Notes: generated by a model from the letters alone, not told the origin. 32,000 nucleotides of DNA from an uncultured Thiomicrospira sp. (GCA_965195345.1 OZ239628.1:803339-835338), one strand, 5' to 3'; positions 1-11,400 are shown, counted from the first letter of the stretch. Made by a program: numbers and translations.

Positions 1-1
1 G

Positions 2-3000
2 ACGATTAGCGTTGAGGTTAATCCAGTCAATGATAGACCTGTATTGATGCTATCATTAACCAGTCTTAGCTTAAATGAAGATTTTGGTACCTTTATCATA
101 AATACCACTGCAACCGACGCAGAAGATGGGACACTGTCAGTGAGCGTATCTGGACAGGCTGGCTTGGTAACCACTACTATCACCACTGGTCAAATTACTC
201 TAACTTCCATTGCCCATGCCAACGGAAGAACCACTCTAACTGTAAGCGCTAACGATAGTGAAAACCTCTTCGTAACCGACGAAGTGGTGGTGATTATCAA
301 TGCTGTTAATGATAATCCTGTATTGACGTTATCAACAACCAATCTCAGCCTTAATGAAGACTTTGGCACTTTCATAATCAACACCACTGCCACCGATATA
401 GAAGATGGCGTGTTGCCTTTTACAGTGTCTGGACAAGATGCCAGTATATTCACCGTCACTACCTCCACCAATCAGATAATGCTCACCTCCGTTGCTAATG
501 CCAACGGAATAGTTACACTAACTGTAAGTGCTAACGATAGTGAAAACCTCTCGGCAACCACCGAAGTTGTTGTTGTTGTCAATGCCATCAATGACACACC
601 CACACTTACCTTTTCAACCACTCAATTTAATCTGAATGCAAACTTTACCCCGCAAACAATAGCAACAGCAACAGACGTTGATGATATTTCCTTGCTCCTA
701 ACCTTTGCACTATCTGCAACCGATGTAGTACAAATAACGACGGTTGCTAATCAGTTTATATTAAATCCTATCATCAATGCTTTTGGCGACACAACTATCA
801 CCCTAGCAGTATCTGATGATGATGGTGCACGCTCTTCTTCTCAAATTTTCACAGTGCGCGTTAACACACCCATTGCATCGACAACGCCTACATTAGCCTT
901 ATCAACGCAGAACATCACTTTAGATGAAGACTTTGGTACTTTTATTATCAACACTACTGCAACCGATGCAGAAGATGGGACACTGTCAGTAACCGTATCT
1001 GGACAGGCTGACTTATTAACCACTAATGCTACTACTGGTCAAATTACGCTCACTTCCATTGCCAATGCTAACGGCACAACTACACTTACTGTACGTGCTA
1101 CCGATAGCGGAAACCTTTCCGTTACCACCGAAGTGGTGGTAACCATCAATGCCATCAACGATACTCCGACATTGACTCTTGCGACAACAAATATTACCAT
1201 CGTTGAAAATGCCACTGCTCGTCAAACGATTTCCATTACTGATGTGGCAGATATTGAGGGAAGCACACTTACTTTTTCAGTCATTGCCTCCACTTCTGTA
1301 TTTAGTAGTAATCCTACATCTGTAGTCTCTTTTTCAGACACAAGAATGATAACCTTCAGTAGACAAAGTACGACTGCTCAACTCTATTACACTCTACTGC
1401 CCGATACCACAGGCACTGGCTTCATTCAAATCGCTCTAACAGATGGCATAGACACACAGGTTACAACTGTTACCGTGACTGTGACAGAAGTTAGAACCTC
1501 ACCCCAAATCACTCAAGACTTTAGAACACATCGCTTCTTTGATGCGCGTGCAACACGTGTAGGCGCTGTTGGAGGTGTCTTATTTGCAGCACGAGGTGCA
1601 TTCACTGGATTGCTTGCATCAACCTCTACAGATGGTACAGGGAGTGCTATGAACCAATTAAACTTTGCTCGTTCCTTAGGGGGGAGTTTAGCCGAACTAT
1701 ACACTGAGGAAACATACAACGCTTTATTGGGTTCTGTTTTGGTTGCCAATGGCGCTACAACAGCAGGCTTTGATGATGACCGTTTTTGGCTTGGGCTTAC
1801 CAGTGTACCTAGCTTTTTTGGCGTCACTCTACCAAATCAACTTGACTCAGAAGCCCGTTATTTTTGGTTATCTGGTCAACGGGTATCGCAAGGATTAGGC
1901 GGCGGTACTCGTATAGACGTCCCAGGAGTATACATAGGCTGGGGGCCATCTGCTCCGGGTACTCAGGGTTGTGCTGATCTGATTCTTGGTGCTGAAGTAT
2001 CTGCAGCGTTCAGGCCTTGGGCAAGTGATCAATGCTTTGGAGGTGTTTTTGACGCTTTAAAAGCGTTGATGCAGTTCCCAAATGGCTTACCTACTACCTC
2101 CTCAATGATTGTTCAAGCAAGGTCTCCGATCACACTTATTCGTTTAAGTGGTTATGATCTTGATGGTTCAGATAATACATTGTCTTGGCAAGTCACCGAT
2201 GCATCTGGTGGTGGTATCGCCACTTCCACAGTCTATAGCAGTACTGGCGCACAAACCTTAGAGATTTCTTACACCCCTGTGAGCGGCTTTTCAGGCACTG
2301 CAACCCTTGTTGTAAGCTTAGATGATGGTGATAGTGCTACACAAAATAGTACTGCCCGTGTATTGGTGGTTAATAACACCCCAACTTTAACACTCTCAAC
2401 CAATGTTGTCAGCTTAGATGAAGACTTTACCAGCTTCGTCATTAACACCACTGCAACCGATGCAGAAGGGATAATCGACTTTAGTGTTAGTACAGGAAAC
2501 GGCATTGTTCTTGTAACCACCTCTGCTAATGCAATTACGCTGCAATCACTTGCGAATATAAGTGGTGCTGTAACCTTAACAGTCGTTGCGGATAGTGGTC
2601 TTTTGGCAAATACACAGACGATTAGCGTTGTGGTTAATCCAGTTAACGACACTCCCACGCTGTCTTTATCTGTGACGCAAAGGGCGCTTGCTCAAAACTT
2701 TGGCACTTTCGTCATCAACACCACTGCAACCGATGTGGAATCAGGACCATTGGGCTTTAGTGTCAGCACAGGTAATGGTATTGTCAATGTGACCACCTCT
2801 GTCAATACGATTACTCTGCAATCACTCGCTAATGTCATAGGCGATGTGACGTTAACGGTTAGCGTAAGCGATGGACTATTGACGGCGACACAGTCCATTT
2901 TTATAACCGTTAGTAGACCGTTTACGTTTGAAGTATCGACAAACACTATCGTTTTAGATGAAGATTTTAATACCTTCATTATTAACACCACTGCAACGGC

Positions 3001-5233
3001 TGCAGATGGGACTATATTACCTATTTCAGTGGTGCAGAGCAGCTCTAACCTACTTACATTCAGCACTATAACTGGGCGCATTACCCTTTCATCTATTGCG
3101 AATGCTAATGGAGTAACAACCCTTACCGTGAGTGCGGCTAATCAAAGTGGGCTAACGAACACGACAGAAGTAGCCATTACCATTAATTCCGTTAATGATA
3201 CTCCCACGCTCAGTTTATCAAGTACAAACTTAACCTTGGCATCTAATAGCACTGGTTTGATAACTGCCTTTGTCACGGATGTGGAAACAAGCAGTGCCTC
3301 ATTGATCTTTTCGGTACAACAAAATCCACCTTTGTTGCAGGTGAGTACACAAGGCAATGTCATCGTACTGAGATCGAGTGCTACTGCAGGCTCGACCACT
3401 TTAGTGATCACCGTTACTGATGGCGATGGTTCAAGCGCTTCAGCAACTGCTCGAGTTACTGTTCTATCAGGTGCTTTGAATATTGCTTTAAATGTTAAGC
3501 GCATTGATTTTTCTTGGAACACACTTCCTACAGCAAATCATTACCGCATGCTTAGCAATGTTGATTTGAATGCTGGTGGTGGTTTTGTTGATGCCAGTAG
3601 CGCAGGTTTGGTGTTTGTACCGAATAGCACGAATATTATCAATACCACAGTTTCTGCAACAGTGGATGTAGCACGCTATCTTTCTACGGCTAATGGACCA
3701 CAGTACCTGCTAGAAGCTTGTACCAGTGTGGATAATTCAGCCTGTTCTATTCATGCGCAACAAACCCTGAGCAATATTCAGTTACAGGGATTAATTGGTT
3801 ATTTTAAAGCCTCTTTTGCAGATGAGGGTGTGTTTGGTAGAGCTGTAGCAATAAGCGGTGATGGCAACACATTAGTTGTCGGTGCACCCGGAGAAAATAG
3901 CGACGCCACCGGCATCAATGGTGATCAGACGAACAATAACGCATCTGCCTCTGGTGCAGCCTATGTTTTTGTACGCAACAGTGCAGGCACATGGAGTCAA
4001 CAAGCCTATGTCAAAGCTTCTAATACAGGAGTTTTGGATCAATTTGGCACAGCTGTAGCAATAAATGATGACGGTAACACCATAGTTGTCGGTGCACTTG
4101 GGGAGGACAGTACCGCCACGGGTATCAACGGTGATCAATTAGATAATTCTGCAAGTGACTCTGGTGCAGCCTATGTTTTTGTGCGTAGTAGTACAGGTAC
4201 ATGGAGTCAACAGGCTTACATCAAGGCTTCTAATGCAGAAGCTCTTGATGATTTTGGCAGAACTGTATCGGTCACTGCTGATGGTAATACACTCGCTATT
4301 GGTGCGCCTTTAGAAGACAGTACTGCTACAGGCATTAACGGCGACGAAACAAACAATGGAGCAAGTGGCTCTGGTGCAGCCTATGTTTTTGTGCGTAGTA
4401 CTACGGGCACATGGAGTCAACAAGCTTATATCAAAGCTTCTAATGCAGAAGCTCTTGATGATTTTGGTTTTGCTGTATCGGTGAGCGATGATGGTAATAC
4501 TTTAGTTATTGGGGCATCTTTTGAAGACAGCACCGCCACGGGCATTAACGGCGATCAAACAACTAATAGTGCAAGTGCTTCTGGTGCAGCTTATGTTTTT
4601 GTGCGCAGTGCTACCGACACATGGACGCAAGAAGCCTACATCAAAGCCTCAAACACAGGTGTTAATGATCAATTTGGTTTAGCTACTTCAATTAGTGGTG
4701 ATGGTAACACACTGCTCATCAGCTCAATTGGAGAAGACAGCAATGCCACGGGTATCAACGGTGATCAAACAAACAATGCCGCAAATGGTGCTGGTGCAGC
4801 CTATGTTTTTGTGCGTAGTAGTACAGGCACATGGAGTCAACAAGCCTACATCAAGGCCTCCAATACAGGAGATCAGGATGAATTTGGTAGCGCTCTCTCA
4901 ATTAACAATGATGGTAGTATATTTGCTATCGGTGCTCCTTTTGAAGATAGTGATGTTAGTGGCATCAACGGTGATCAAATAAACAATGATGCATTTCGCG
5001 CTGGTGCAGCCTATGTTTTTGTGCGTAGTAGTACAGGCACATGGAGTCAACGAAGTTACATCAAAGCATCAAACACAGGAGTTTTAGATCGATTTGGTTC
5101 AGCTCTCTCAATAAGCGGTGATGGTAAGACACTCTCTATCGGTGCACCTTTCGAAGATAGCGATGCCACCGGCATTAATGGTGATCAGACGAATAACAAT
5201 GAGTCTGAGGCTGGTGCAGTGTATTTATATTAG
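2..5233 (+). CDS. Gene 1: giant surface protein, 5'-partial; cadherin-like repeats, C-type-lectin-like domain, FN3-like module, 7-repeat FG-GAP propeller
   Basis: The ORF track starts at 44 (M), but the frame is open upstream to nt 2 (TISVEVNPVNDRPVLMLSLTSLSLNEDFG), which is repeat sequence, so the true start lies before the window. Ends GAVYLY* (tag 5231-5233). Confidence 0.95.
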   Translation, partial: TISVEVNPVNDRPVLMLSLTSLSLNEDFGTFIINTTATDAEDGTLSVSVSGQAGLVTTTITTGQITLTSIAHANGRTTLTVSANDSENLFVTDEVVVIINAVNDNPVLTLSTTNLSLNEDFGTFIINTTATDIEDGVLPFTVSGQDASIFTVTTSTNQIMLTSVANANGIVTLTVSANDSENLSATTEVVVVVNAINDTPTLTFSTTQFNLNANFTPQTIATATDVDDISLLLTFALSATDVVQITTVANQFILNPIINAFGDTTITLAVSDDDGARSSSQIFTVRVNTPIASTTPTLALSTQNITLDEDFGTFIINTTATDAEDGTLSVTVSGQADLLTTNATTGQITLTSIANANGTTTLTVRATDSGNLSVTTEVVVTINAINDTPTLTLATTNITIVENATARQTISITDVADIEGSTLTFSVIASTSVFSSNPTSVVSFSDTRMITFSRQSTTAQLYYTLLPDTTGTGFIQIALTDGIDTQVTTVTVTVTEVRTSPQITQDFRTHRFFDARATRVGAVGGVLFAARGAFTGLLASTSTDGTGSAMNQLNFARSLGGSLAELYTEETYNALLGSVLVANGATTAGFDDDRFWLGLTSVPSFFGVTLPNQLDSEARYFWLSGQRVSQGLGGGTRIDVPGVYIGWGPSAPGTQGCADLILGAEVSAAFRPWASDQCFGGVFDALKALMQFPNGLPTTSSMIVQARSPITLIRLSGYDLDGSDNTLSWQVTDASGGGIATSTVYSSTGAQTLEISYTPVSGFSGTATLVVSLDDGDSATQNSTARVLVVNNTPTLTLSTNVVSLDEDFTSFVINTTATDAEGIIDFSVSTGNGIVLVTTSANAITLQSLANISGAVTLTVVADSGLLANTQTISVVVNPVNDTPTLSLSVTQRALAQNFGTFVINTTATDVESGPLGFSVSTGNGIVNVTTSVNTITLQSLANVIGDVTLTVSVSDGLLTATQSIFITVSRPFTFEVSTNTIVLDEDFNTFIINTTATAADGTILPISVVQSSSNLLTFSTITGRITLSSIANANGVTTLTVSAANQSGLTNTTEVAITINSVNDTPTLSLSSTNLTLASNSTGLITAFVTDVETSSASLIFSVQQNPPLLQVSTQGNVIVLRSSATAGSTTLVITVTDGDGSSASATARVTVLSGALNIALNVKRIDFSWNTLPTANHYRMLSNVDLNAGGGFVDASSAGLVFVPNSTNIINTTVSATVDVARYLSTANGPQYLLEACTSVDNSACSIHAQQTLSNIQLQGLIGYFKASFADEGVFGRAVAISGDGNTLVVGAPGENSDATGINGDQTNNNASASGAAYVFVRNSAGTWSQQAYVKASNTGVLDQFGTAVAINDDGNTIVVGALGEDSTATGINGDQLDNSASDSGAAYVFVRSSTGTWSQQAYIKASNAEALDDFGRTVSVTADGNTLAIGAPLEDSTATGINGDETNNGASGSGAAYVFVRSTTGTWSQQAYIKASNAEALDDFGFAVSVSDDGNTLVIGASFEDSTATGINGDQTTNSASASGAAYVFVRSATDTWTQEAYIKASNTGVNDQFGLATSISGDGNTLLISSIGEDSNATGINGDQTNNAANGAGAAYVFVRSSTGTWSQQAYIKASNTGDQDEFGSALSINNDGSIFAIGAPFEDSDVSGINGDQINNDAFRAGAAYVFVRSSTGTWSQRSYIKASNTGVLDRFGSALSISGDGKTLSIGAPFEDSDATGINGDQTNNNESEAGAVYLY
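1495..2100 (+). other. C-type-lectin-like domain in gene 1
   Basis: NFARSLGGSLAELYTEETYNALLGSV..DDRFWLGLTS..YFWLSGQ..GVYIGWGPSAPGTQGCADLIL..RPWASDQC resembles the CTLD pattern (GG.LA.., WiGL, W.dG, W..g.P, C..L...W...C). Only the inner Cys pair is evident. Confidence 0.6.
3491..3775 (+). other. FN3-like module in gene 1, conserved between stalk and head in all seven genes (others start near 11509, 14218, 17461, 22187, 26908, 30611)
   Basis: NVKRI(D/N)FSW....ANHYRMLSNVDLNAGGGFVDASSA..VF.PNSTNIINTTVSA.VDVARYLS..-GPQYLL(Q/E)AC.SVDNS.CS is present in every copy. The FN3 assignment comes from the ..F.W....ANHYR.. layout and position. Confidence 0.55.
3784..5230 (+). other. FG-GAP beta-propeller head of gene 1 (7 repeats)
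   Basis: Seven (S/A)x(S/N)xDG(N/S)xxxx(G/S)Axx(E)(D/N)S motifs, each followed by GAAYVFVRSSTGTWSQQAYIKASNTG..D.FG; last unit truncated at GAVYLY*. Confidence 0.85.
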
Positions 5234-5483
5234 AATACGTATATAGCTAAAAGAGAACTAAAATTGCTTGATTACCCATACATTATGTATTCATCAGGAA
5301 GACGGGCATACAGCTTTTCTATTTAACGTTTATTGCTTTAAATGTTATAAACTGCTTGCATGTTTCATCATACTTTAATTTATAATCAATCAAATTGTCA
5401 CAGGCAAAATGTGAGCTTCTATCACATACGCAAGCTGTAGTGAAATTGTAATTGCATAATTAAATACATTAAGGTGAATTGAT

Positions 5484-8400
5484 ATGGGATATATACAGCG
5501 CTGGGCATTTCTGTTGTTGCTTGTTTTTCTGTCAGCTTGTGGTGGTGGTGATGGCGACACAATACCTCCGTCTACTAACACAACACCAACTTTAAGTCTC
5601 TCTGTCAATGCCGTAACGCTTGATGAAGATTTTGGTACCTTTATCATCAACACCACTGCCACCGACGTAGAAGATGGGACGCTGTCAGTGACCGTGTCTG
5701 GACAGGCTGGCTTGCTAACCACTAATGCTACTACTGATCAAATTACGCTCACTTCCATTGCCAATGCTAACGGAACAACTACACTCACTGTAAGTGCTAC
5801 CGATAGTGGCGCTCTTACAGTCTCCACCGAAGTGGTTGTTATTGTCAATGCCGCCAATGATACGCCCACACTTACCTTTTCAACCACTCAATTTAGTCTA
5901 AATGCAAATTTCATGCCTCAGACAATAGCAACAGCAACAGACGTTGATGATGCTTCCTTGCTCCTAACCTTTGCACTATCTGCAACCGATGTAGTACAAA
6001 TAACGACAGTTGCTAATCGGTTTATATTAAATCCTATCACTAATGCTTTTGGCGAGACAACCATCACTCTAACAGCAACTGATAGCAGCGGCAATCAGTC
6101 ATCTCAACGTTTTACAGTGCATGTTAACGCATCCATTGCATCGACAACACCTACATTAGCCTTATCAACGCAACGTATCACTTTAGATGAAGATTTTGGC
6201 ACTTTCGTCATCAACACCACTGCAAGTGATGCAGAAGATGGCGTGCTTCCCGTTGCAGTGACTGGACAAGACGCCAGTCTATTCGCCGTAACCACTTCTA
6301 CCGATCAGATAATACTTACCTCCGTTGCTAATGCCACCGGCATAGCCACGCTTACAGTAAGCATTGTTGATAGCGGAAATCTCTCCGCTACCACCGAAGT
6401 GGTTGTTGTTGTCAATGGCATCAATGATAGTCCTACATTGACACTATCAACAACGAACCTCAGCCTCAGTGAAGATTTTGGCACTTTCGTCATCAACACC
6501 ACTGCAAGTGATGCAGAAGATGGCGTGCTTCCCGTTGCAGTGACTGGACAAGACGCCAGTCTATTCGCCGTAACCACTTCTACCGATCAGATAATACTTA
6601 CCTCCGTTGCTAATGCCACCGGCATAGCCACGCTTACAGTAAGCATTGTTGATAGTGGAAATCTCTCCGCTACCACCGAAGTGGTTGTTGTTGTCAATGG
6701 CATCAATGATAGTCCTACCTTGACACTATCAACAACGAACCTCAGCCTCAGTGAAGATTTTGGCACTTTCGTCATCAACACCACTGCAAGTGATGCAGAA
6801 AATGGCAGGCTTCCCGTTGCAGTGACTGGACAAGATGCCAGTCTATTCGCCGTAACCACTTCTACCGATCAGATAATACTTACCTCCGTTGCTAATGCCA
6901 ACGGAACAGCCACACTCACTGTAAGCATTGTTGATAGTGGAAATCTCTCCGCTACCACCGAAGTGGTTGTTGTTGTCAATGGCATCAATAGTGCACCTGC
7001 ATTGACGCTATCAACAACGAACCTCAGCCTCAGTGAAGATTTTGGCACTTTCGTCATCAACACCACTGCCACCGATGTAGAAGATGGCGTGCTTCCCGTT
7101 GCAGTGACTGGACAAGATGCCAGTTTATTCGCCGTAACCACTTCTACCGATCAGATAATACTTACCTCCGTTGCTAATGCCAACGGAACAGCCACACTCA
7201 CTGTAAGCATTGTTGATAGTGGAAATATCTCCGCTACCACCGAAGTGGTTGTTGTTGTCAATGCCATCAATGATAGTCCTACATTGACACTATCAACAAC
7301 GAACCTCAGCCTCAGTGAAGATTTTGGCACTTTCGTCATCAACACCACAGCAAGTGATGCAGAAGATGGCGTGCTTCCCGTTGCAGTGACTGGACAAGAT
7401 GCCAGTCTATTCGCCGTAACCACTTCTACCGATCAGATAATACTTACCTCCGTTGCCAATGCCAACGGAACAGCCACGCTTACAGTAAGCATTGTTGGTA
7501 GCGGAAATCTCTCCGCTACCACCGAAGTGGTTGTTGTTGTCAATGCCATCAATGATAGTCCTACATTGACACTATCAACAACGAACCTCAGCCTCAGTGA
7601 AGATTTTGGCACTTTCATCATCAACACCACTGCCACCGATGCAGAAGATGGCGTGCTTCCCGTTGCAGTGACTGGACAAGATGCCAGTTTATTCGCCGTA
7701 ACCACTTCTACCGATCAGATAATACTTACCTCCGTTGCTAATGCCAACGGCATAGCCACACTTACAGTAAGCATTGTTGATAGTGGAAATCTCTCCGCTA
7801 CCACCGAAGTGGTTGTTGTTGTCAATGCCATCAATGATAGTCCTACATTGACACTATCAACAACGAACCTCAGCCTTAGTGAAGATTTTGGCACTTTCGT
7901 CATCAACACCACTGCAAGTGATGCAGAAGATGGCGTGCTTCCCGTTGCAGTGACTGGACAAGATGCCAGTCTATTCGCCGTAACCACTTCTACCGATCAG
8001 ATAATACTTACCTCCGTTGCCAATGCCAACGGAACAGCCACGCTTACAGTAAGCATTGTTGGTAGCGGAAATCTCTCCGCTACCACCGAAGTGGTTGTTG
8101 TTGTCAATGCCATCAATGATAGTCCTACATTGACACTATCAACAACGAACCTCAGCCTCAGTGAAGATTTTGGCACTTTCATCATCAACACCACTGCCAC
8201 CGATGCAGAAGATGGCGTGCTTCCCGTTGCAGTGACTGGACAAGATGCCAGTTTATTCGCCGTAACCACTTCTACCGATCAGATAATACTTACCTCCGTT
8301 GCTAATGCCAACGGCATAGCCACACTTACAGTAAGCATTGTTGATAGTGGAAATCTCTCCGCTACCACCGAAGTGGTTGTTGTTGTCAATGCCATCAATG

Positions 8401-11400
8401 ATAGTCCTACATTGACACTATCAACAACGAATCTCAGTCTCAGTGAAGATTTTGGCACTTTCGTCATCAACACCACTGCCACCGATGTAGAAGATGGCGT
8501 GCTTCCTGTTGCAGTGACTGGACAAGATGCCAGTCTATTCGCCGTAACCACTTCTACCGATCAGATAATACTTACCTCCGTTGCCAATGCCAACGGAACA
8601 GCCACACTCACTGTAAGCATTGTTGATAGTGGAAATCTCTCCGCTTCCACCGAAGTGGTTGTTGTTGTCAATGCCATCAATGATAGTCCTACATTGACAC
8701 TATCAACAACGAACCTCAGCCTCAGTGAAGATTTTGGCACTTTCGTTATCAACACCACAGCAAGTGATGCAGAAGATGGCGTGCTTCCCGTTGCAGTGAC
8801 TGGACAAGATGCCAGTTTATTCGCCGTAAGCACTTCTACCGATCAGATAATACTTACCTCCGTTGCCAATGCCAACGGAACAGCCACACTTACTGTAAGC
8901 ATTGTTGATAGCGGAAATCTCTCCGCTTCCACCGAAGTGATTGTTATTGTCAATGGCATCAATAGTTCACCTGCATTGACGCTATCAACAACGAACCTCA
9001 GTCTCAGTGAAGATTTTGGCACTTTCGTCATCAACACCACAGCAAGTGATGCAGAAGATGGCGTGCTTCCCGTTGCAGTGACTGGACAAGATGCCAGTCT
9101 ATTCGCCGTAACCACTTCTGCCAACCAGATAATACTCACCTCCGTAGCTAATGCCAATGGCAGAGCTACGCTTACAGTAAGCATTGTTGATAGTGGAAAT
9201 CTCTCCGCTTCCACCGAAGTGGTGGTGCTTGTCAACGCCGTCAATGACACGCCCACACTTACCTTTTCAACCACTCAATTTAGTCTAAATGCAAACTTTA
9301 CCCCGCAAACAATAGCAACAGCAACAGACGTTGATGATGCTTCCTTGCTCCTAACCTTTGCACTATCTGCAACCGATGTAGTACAAATAACGACTGTTGC
9401 TAATCGGTTTATATTAAATCCTATCACTAATGCTTTTGGCGAGACAACCATCACTCTAACAGCAACTGATAACAGCGGTAATCAGTCATCTCAAATTTTC
9501 ACAGTGCGCGTTAACGGATTCCCTACATTAGCCTTATCAACGCAGCGTGTCACTTTAGATGAAGACTTTGGTACTTTCGTCATCAATACCACTGCAAGTG
9601 ATGCAGAAGATGGCGTGCTTCCCGTTGCAGTGACTGGACAAGATGCCAGTCTATTCGCCGTAACCACTTCTACCAATCAGATAATGCTTACTTCCATTGC
9701 TAATGCCAACGGCATAGCCACACTCACTGTAAGCATTGTTGATAGTGGAAATCTCTCCGCTACCACCGAAGTTGTTGTTGTTGTCAATGCCATCAATGAT
9801 AATCCTACATTGACGCTATCAACAACGAACCTCAGCCTCAGTGAAGATTTTGGCACTTTCGTCATCAACACCACTGCAAGTGATGCAGAAGATGGCGTGC
9901 TTCCCGTTGGAGTGACTGGGCAAGATGCCAGTCTATTCGCCGTAACCACTTCTACCGATCAGATAATACTTACCTCCGTTGCTAATGCCAACGGCATAGC
10001 TACGCTTACAGTAAGCATTGTTGATAGTGGAAATCTCTCCGCTACCACCGAAGTGGTTGTTGTTGTCAATGCCATCAATGATAGTCCTACATTGACACTA
10101 TCAACAACGAACCTCAGTCTCAGTGAAGATTTTGGCACTTTCGTCATCAACACCACAGCAAGTGATGCAGAAGATGGCGTGCTTCCCATTGCAGTGACTG
10201 GACAAGATGCCAGTCTATTCGCCGTAACCACTACTACCAATCAGATAATACTTACCTCCGTTGCTAATGCCAACGGCAGAGCTACGCTTACAGTAAGCAT
10301 TGTTGATAGTGGAAATCTCTCCGCTACCACCGAAGTGGTTGTTGTTGTCAATGCCATCAATGATAGTCCTACATTGACACTATCAACAACGAACCTCAGT
10401 CTTAGTGAAGATTTTGGCACTTTCGTCATCAACACCACTGCAAGTGATGCAGAAGATGGCGTGCTTCCCGTTGCAGTGACTGGACAAGATGCCAGTCTAT
10501 TCGCCGTAACCACTTCTACCGATCAGATAATACTTACCTCCGTTGCCAATGCCAACGGAACAGCCACGCTTACAGTAAGCATTGTTGATAGCGGAAATCT
10601 CTCCGCTACCACCGAAGTGGTTGTTGTTATCAATGCCATCAATGATAGTCCCACATTGACACTATCAACAACGAACCTCAGCCTTAGTGAAGATTTTGGC
10701 ACTTTCGTCATCAACACCACTGCAAGTGATGCAGAAGATGGCCTGCTTCCCGTTGCAGTGACTGGACAAGATGCCAGTCTATTCGCCGTAACCACTTCTG
10801 CCGATCAGATAATACTTACCTCCGTTGCCAATGCCAACGGAACAGCCACGCTTACAGTAAGCATTGTTGGTAGCGGAAATCTCTCCGCTACCACCGAAGT
10901 GGTTGTTGTTGTCAATGCCATCAATGATAGTCCTACATTGACACTATCAACAACGAACCTCAGCCTCAGTGAAGATTTTGGCACTTTCATCATCAACACC
11001 ACTGCCACCGATGCAGAAGATGGCGTGCTTCCCGTTGCAGTGACTGGACAAGATGCCAGTCTATTCGCCGTAACCACTTCTACCAATCAGATAATACTTA
11101 CCTCCGTTGCTAATGCCACCGGCATAGCCACGCTTACAGTAAGCATTGTTGATAGCGGAAATCTCTCCGCTACCACCGAAGTGGTTGTTGTTGTCAATGC
11201 CGTTAATGACACTCCAACGCTCAGTTTATCAAGTACAAACCTAACTTTGACAGCTAATACCACCGCTTTAATCACTGCCTTTGGCGTAGATGTGGAAACA
11301 AGCAGTGCTTCATTGATCTTTTCTGTACAACAAAACCCATCTTTGTTGCAGGTGAGTACACAAGGCAATGTTATCGTACTAAGAGCGGGTGCTACTACAG

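Noticed and set aside
3876-5000. Short overlapping + strand ORFs of 60-140 aa within the propeller regions (e.g. 3876-4058, 4695-4982, 12487-13131, 23165-23803)
   Set aside because: They are alternate-frame reads of the repeated FG-GAP sequence, recur at the same blade positions in every paralog, and have no independent ribosome-binding or domain support.
5234-5300. Rho-independent terminators after each gene
   Set aside because: Only a weak AGGCAA/TTGCTT stem and a non-conserved ATACAT-T-ATGTAT palindrome are visible, without a GC-rich stem followed by a T-run. Termination remains undetermined.
6153-11216. CRISPR array
   Set aside because: The periodicity is 282 bp, fully coding and nearly identical throughout, with no short repeat/unique spacer structure and no cas genes.
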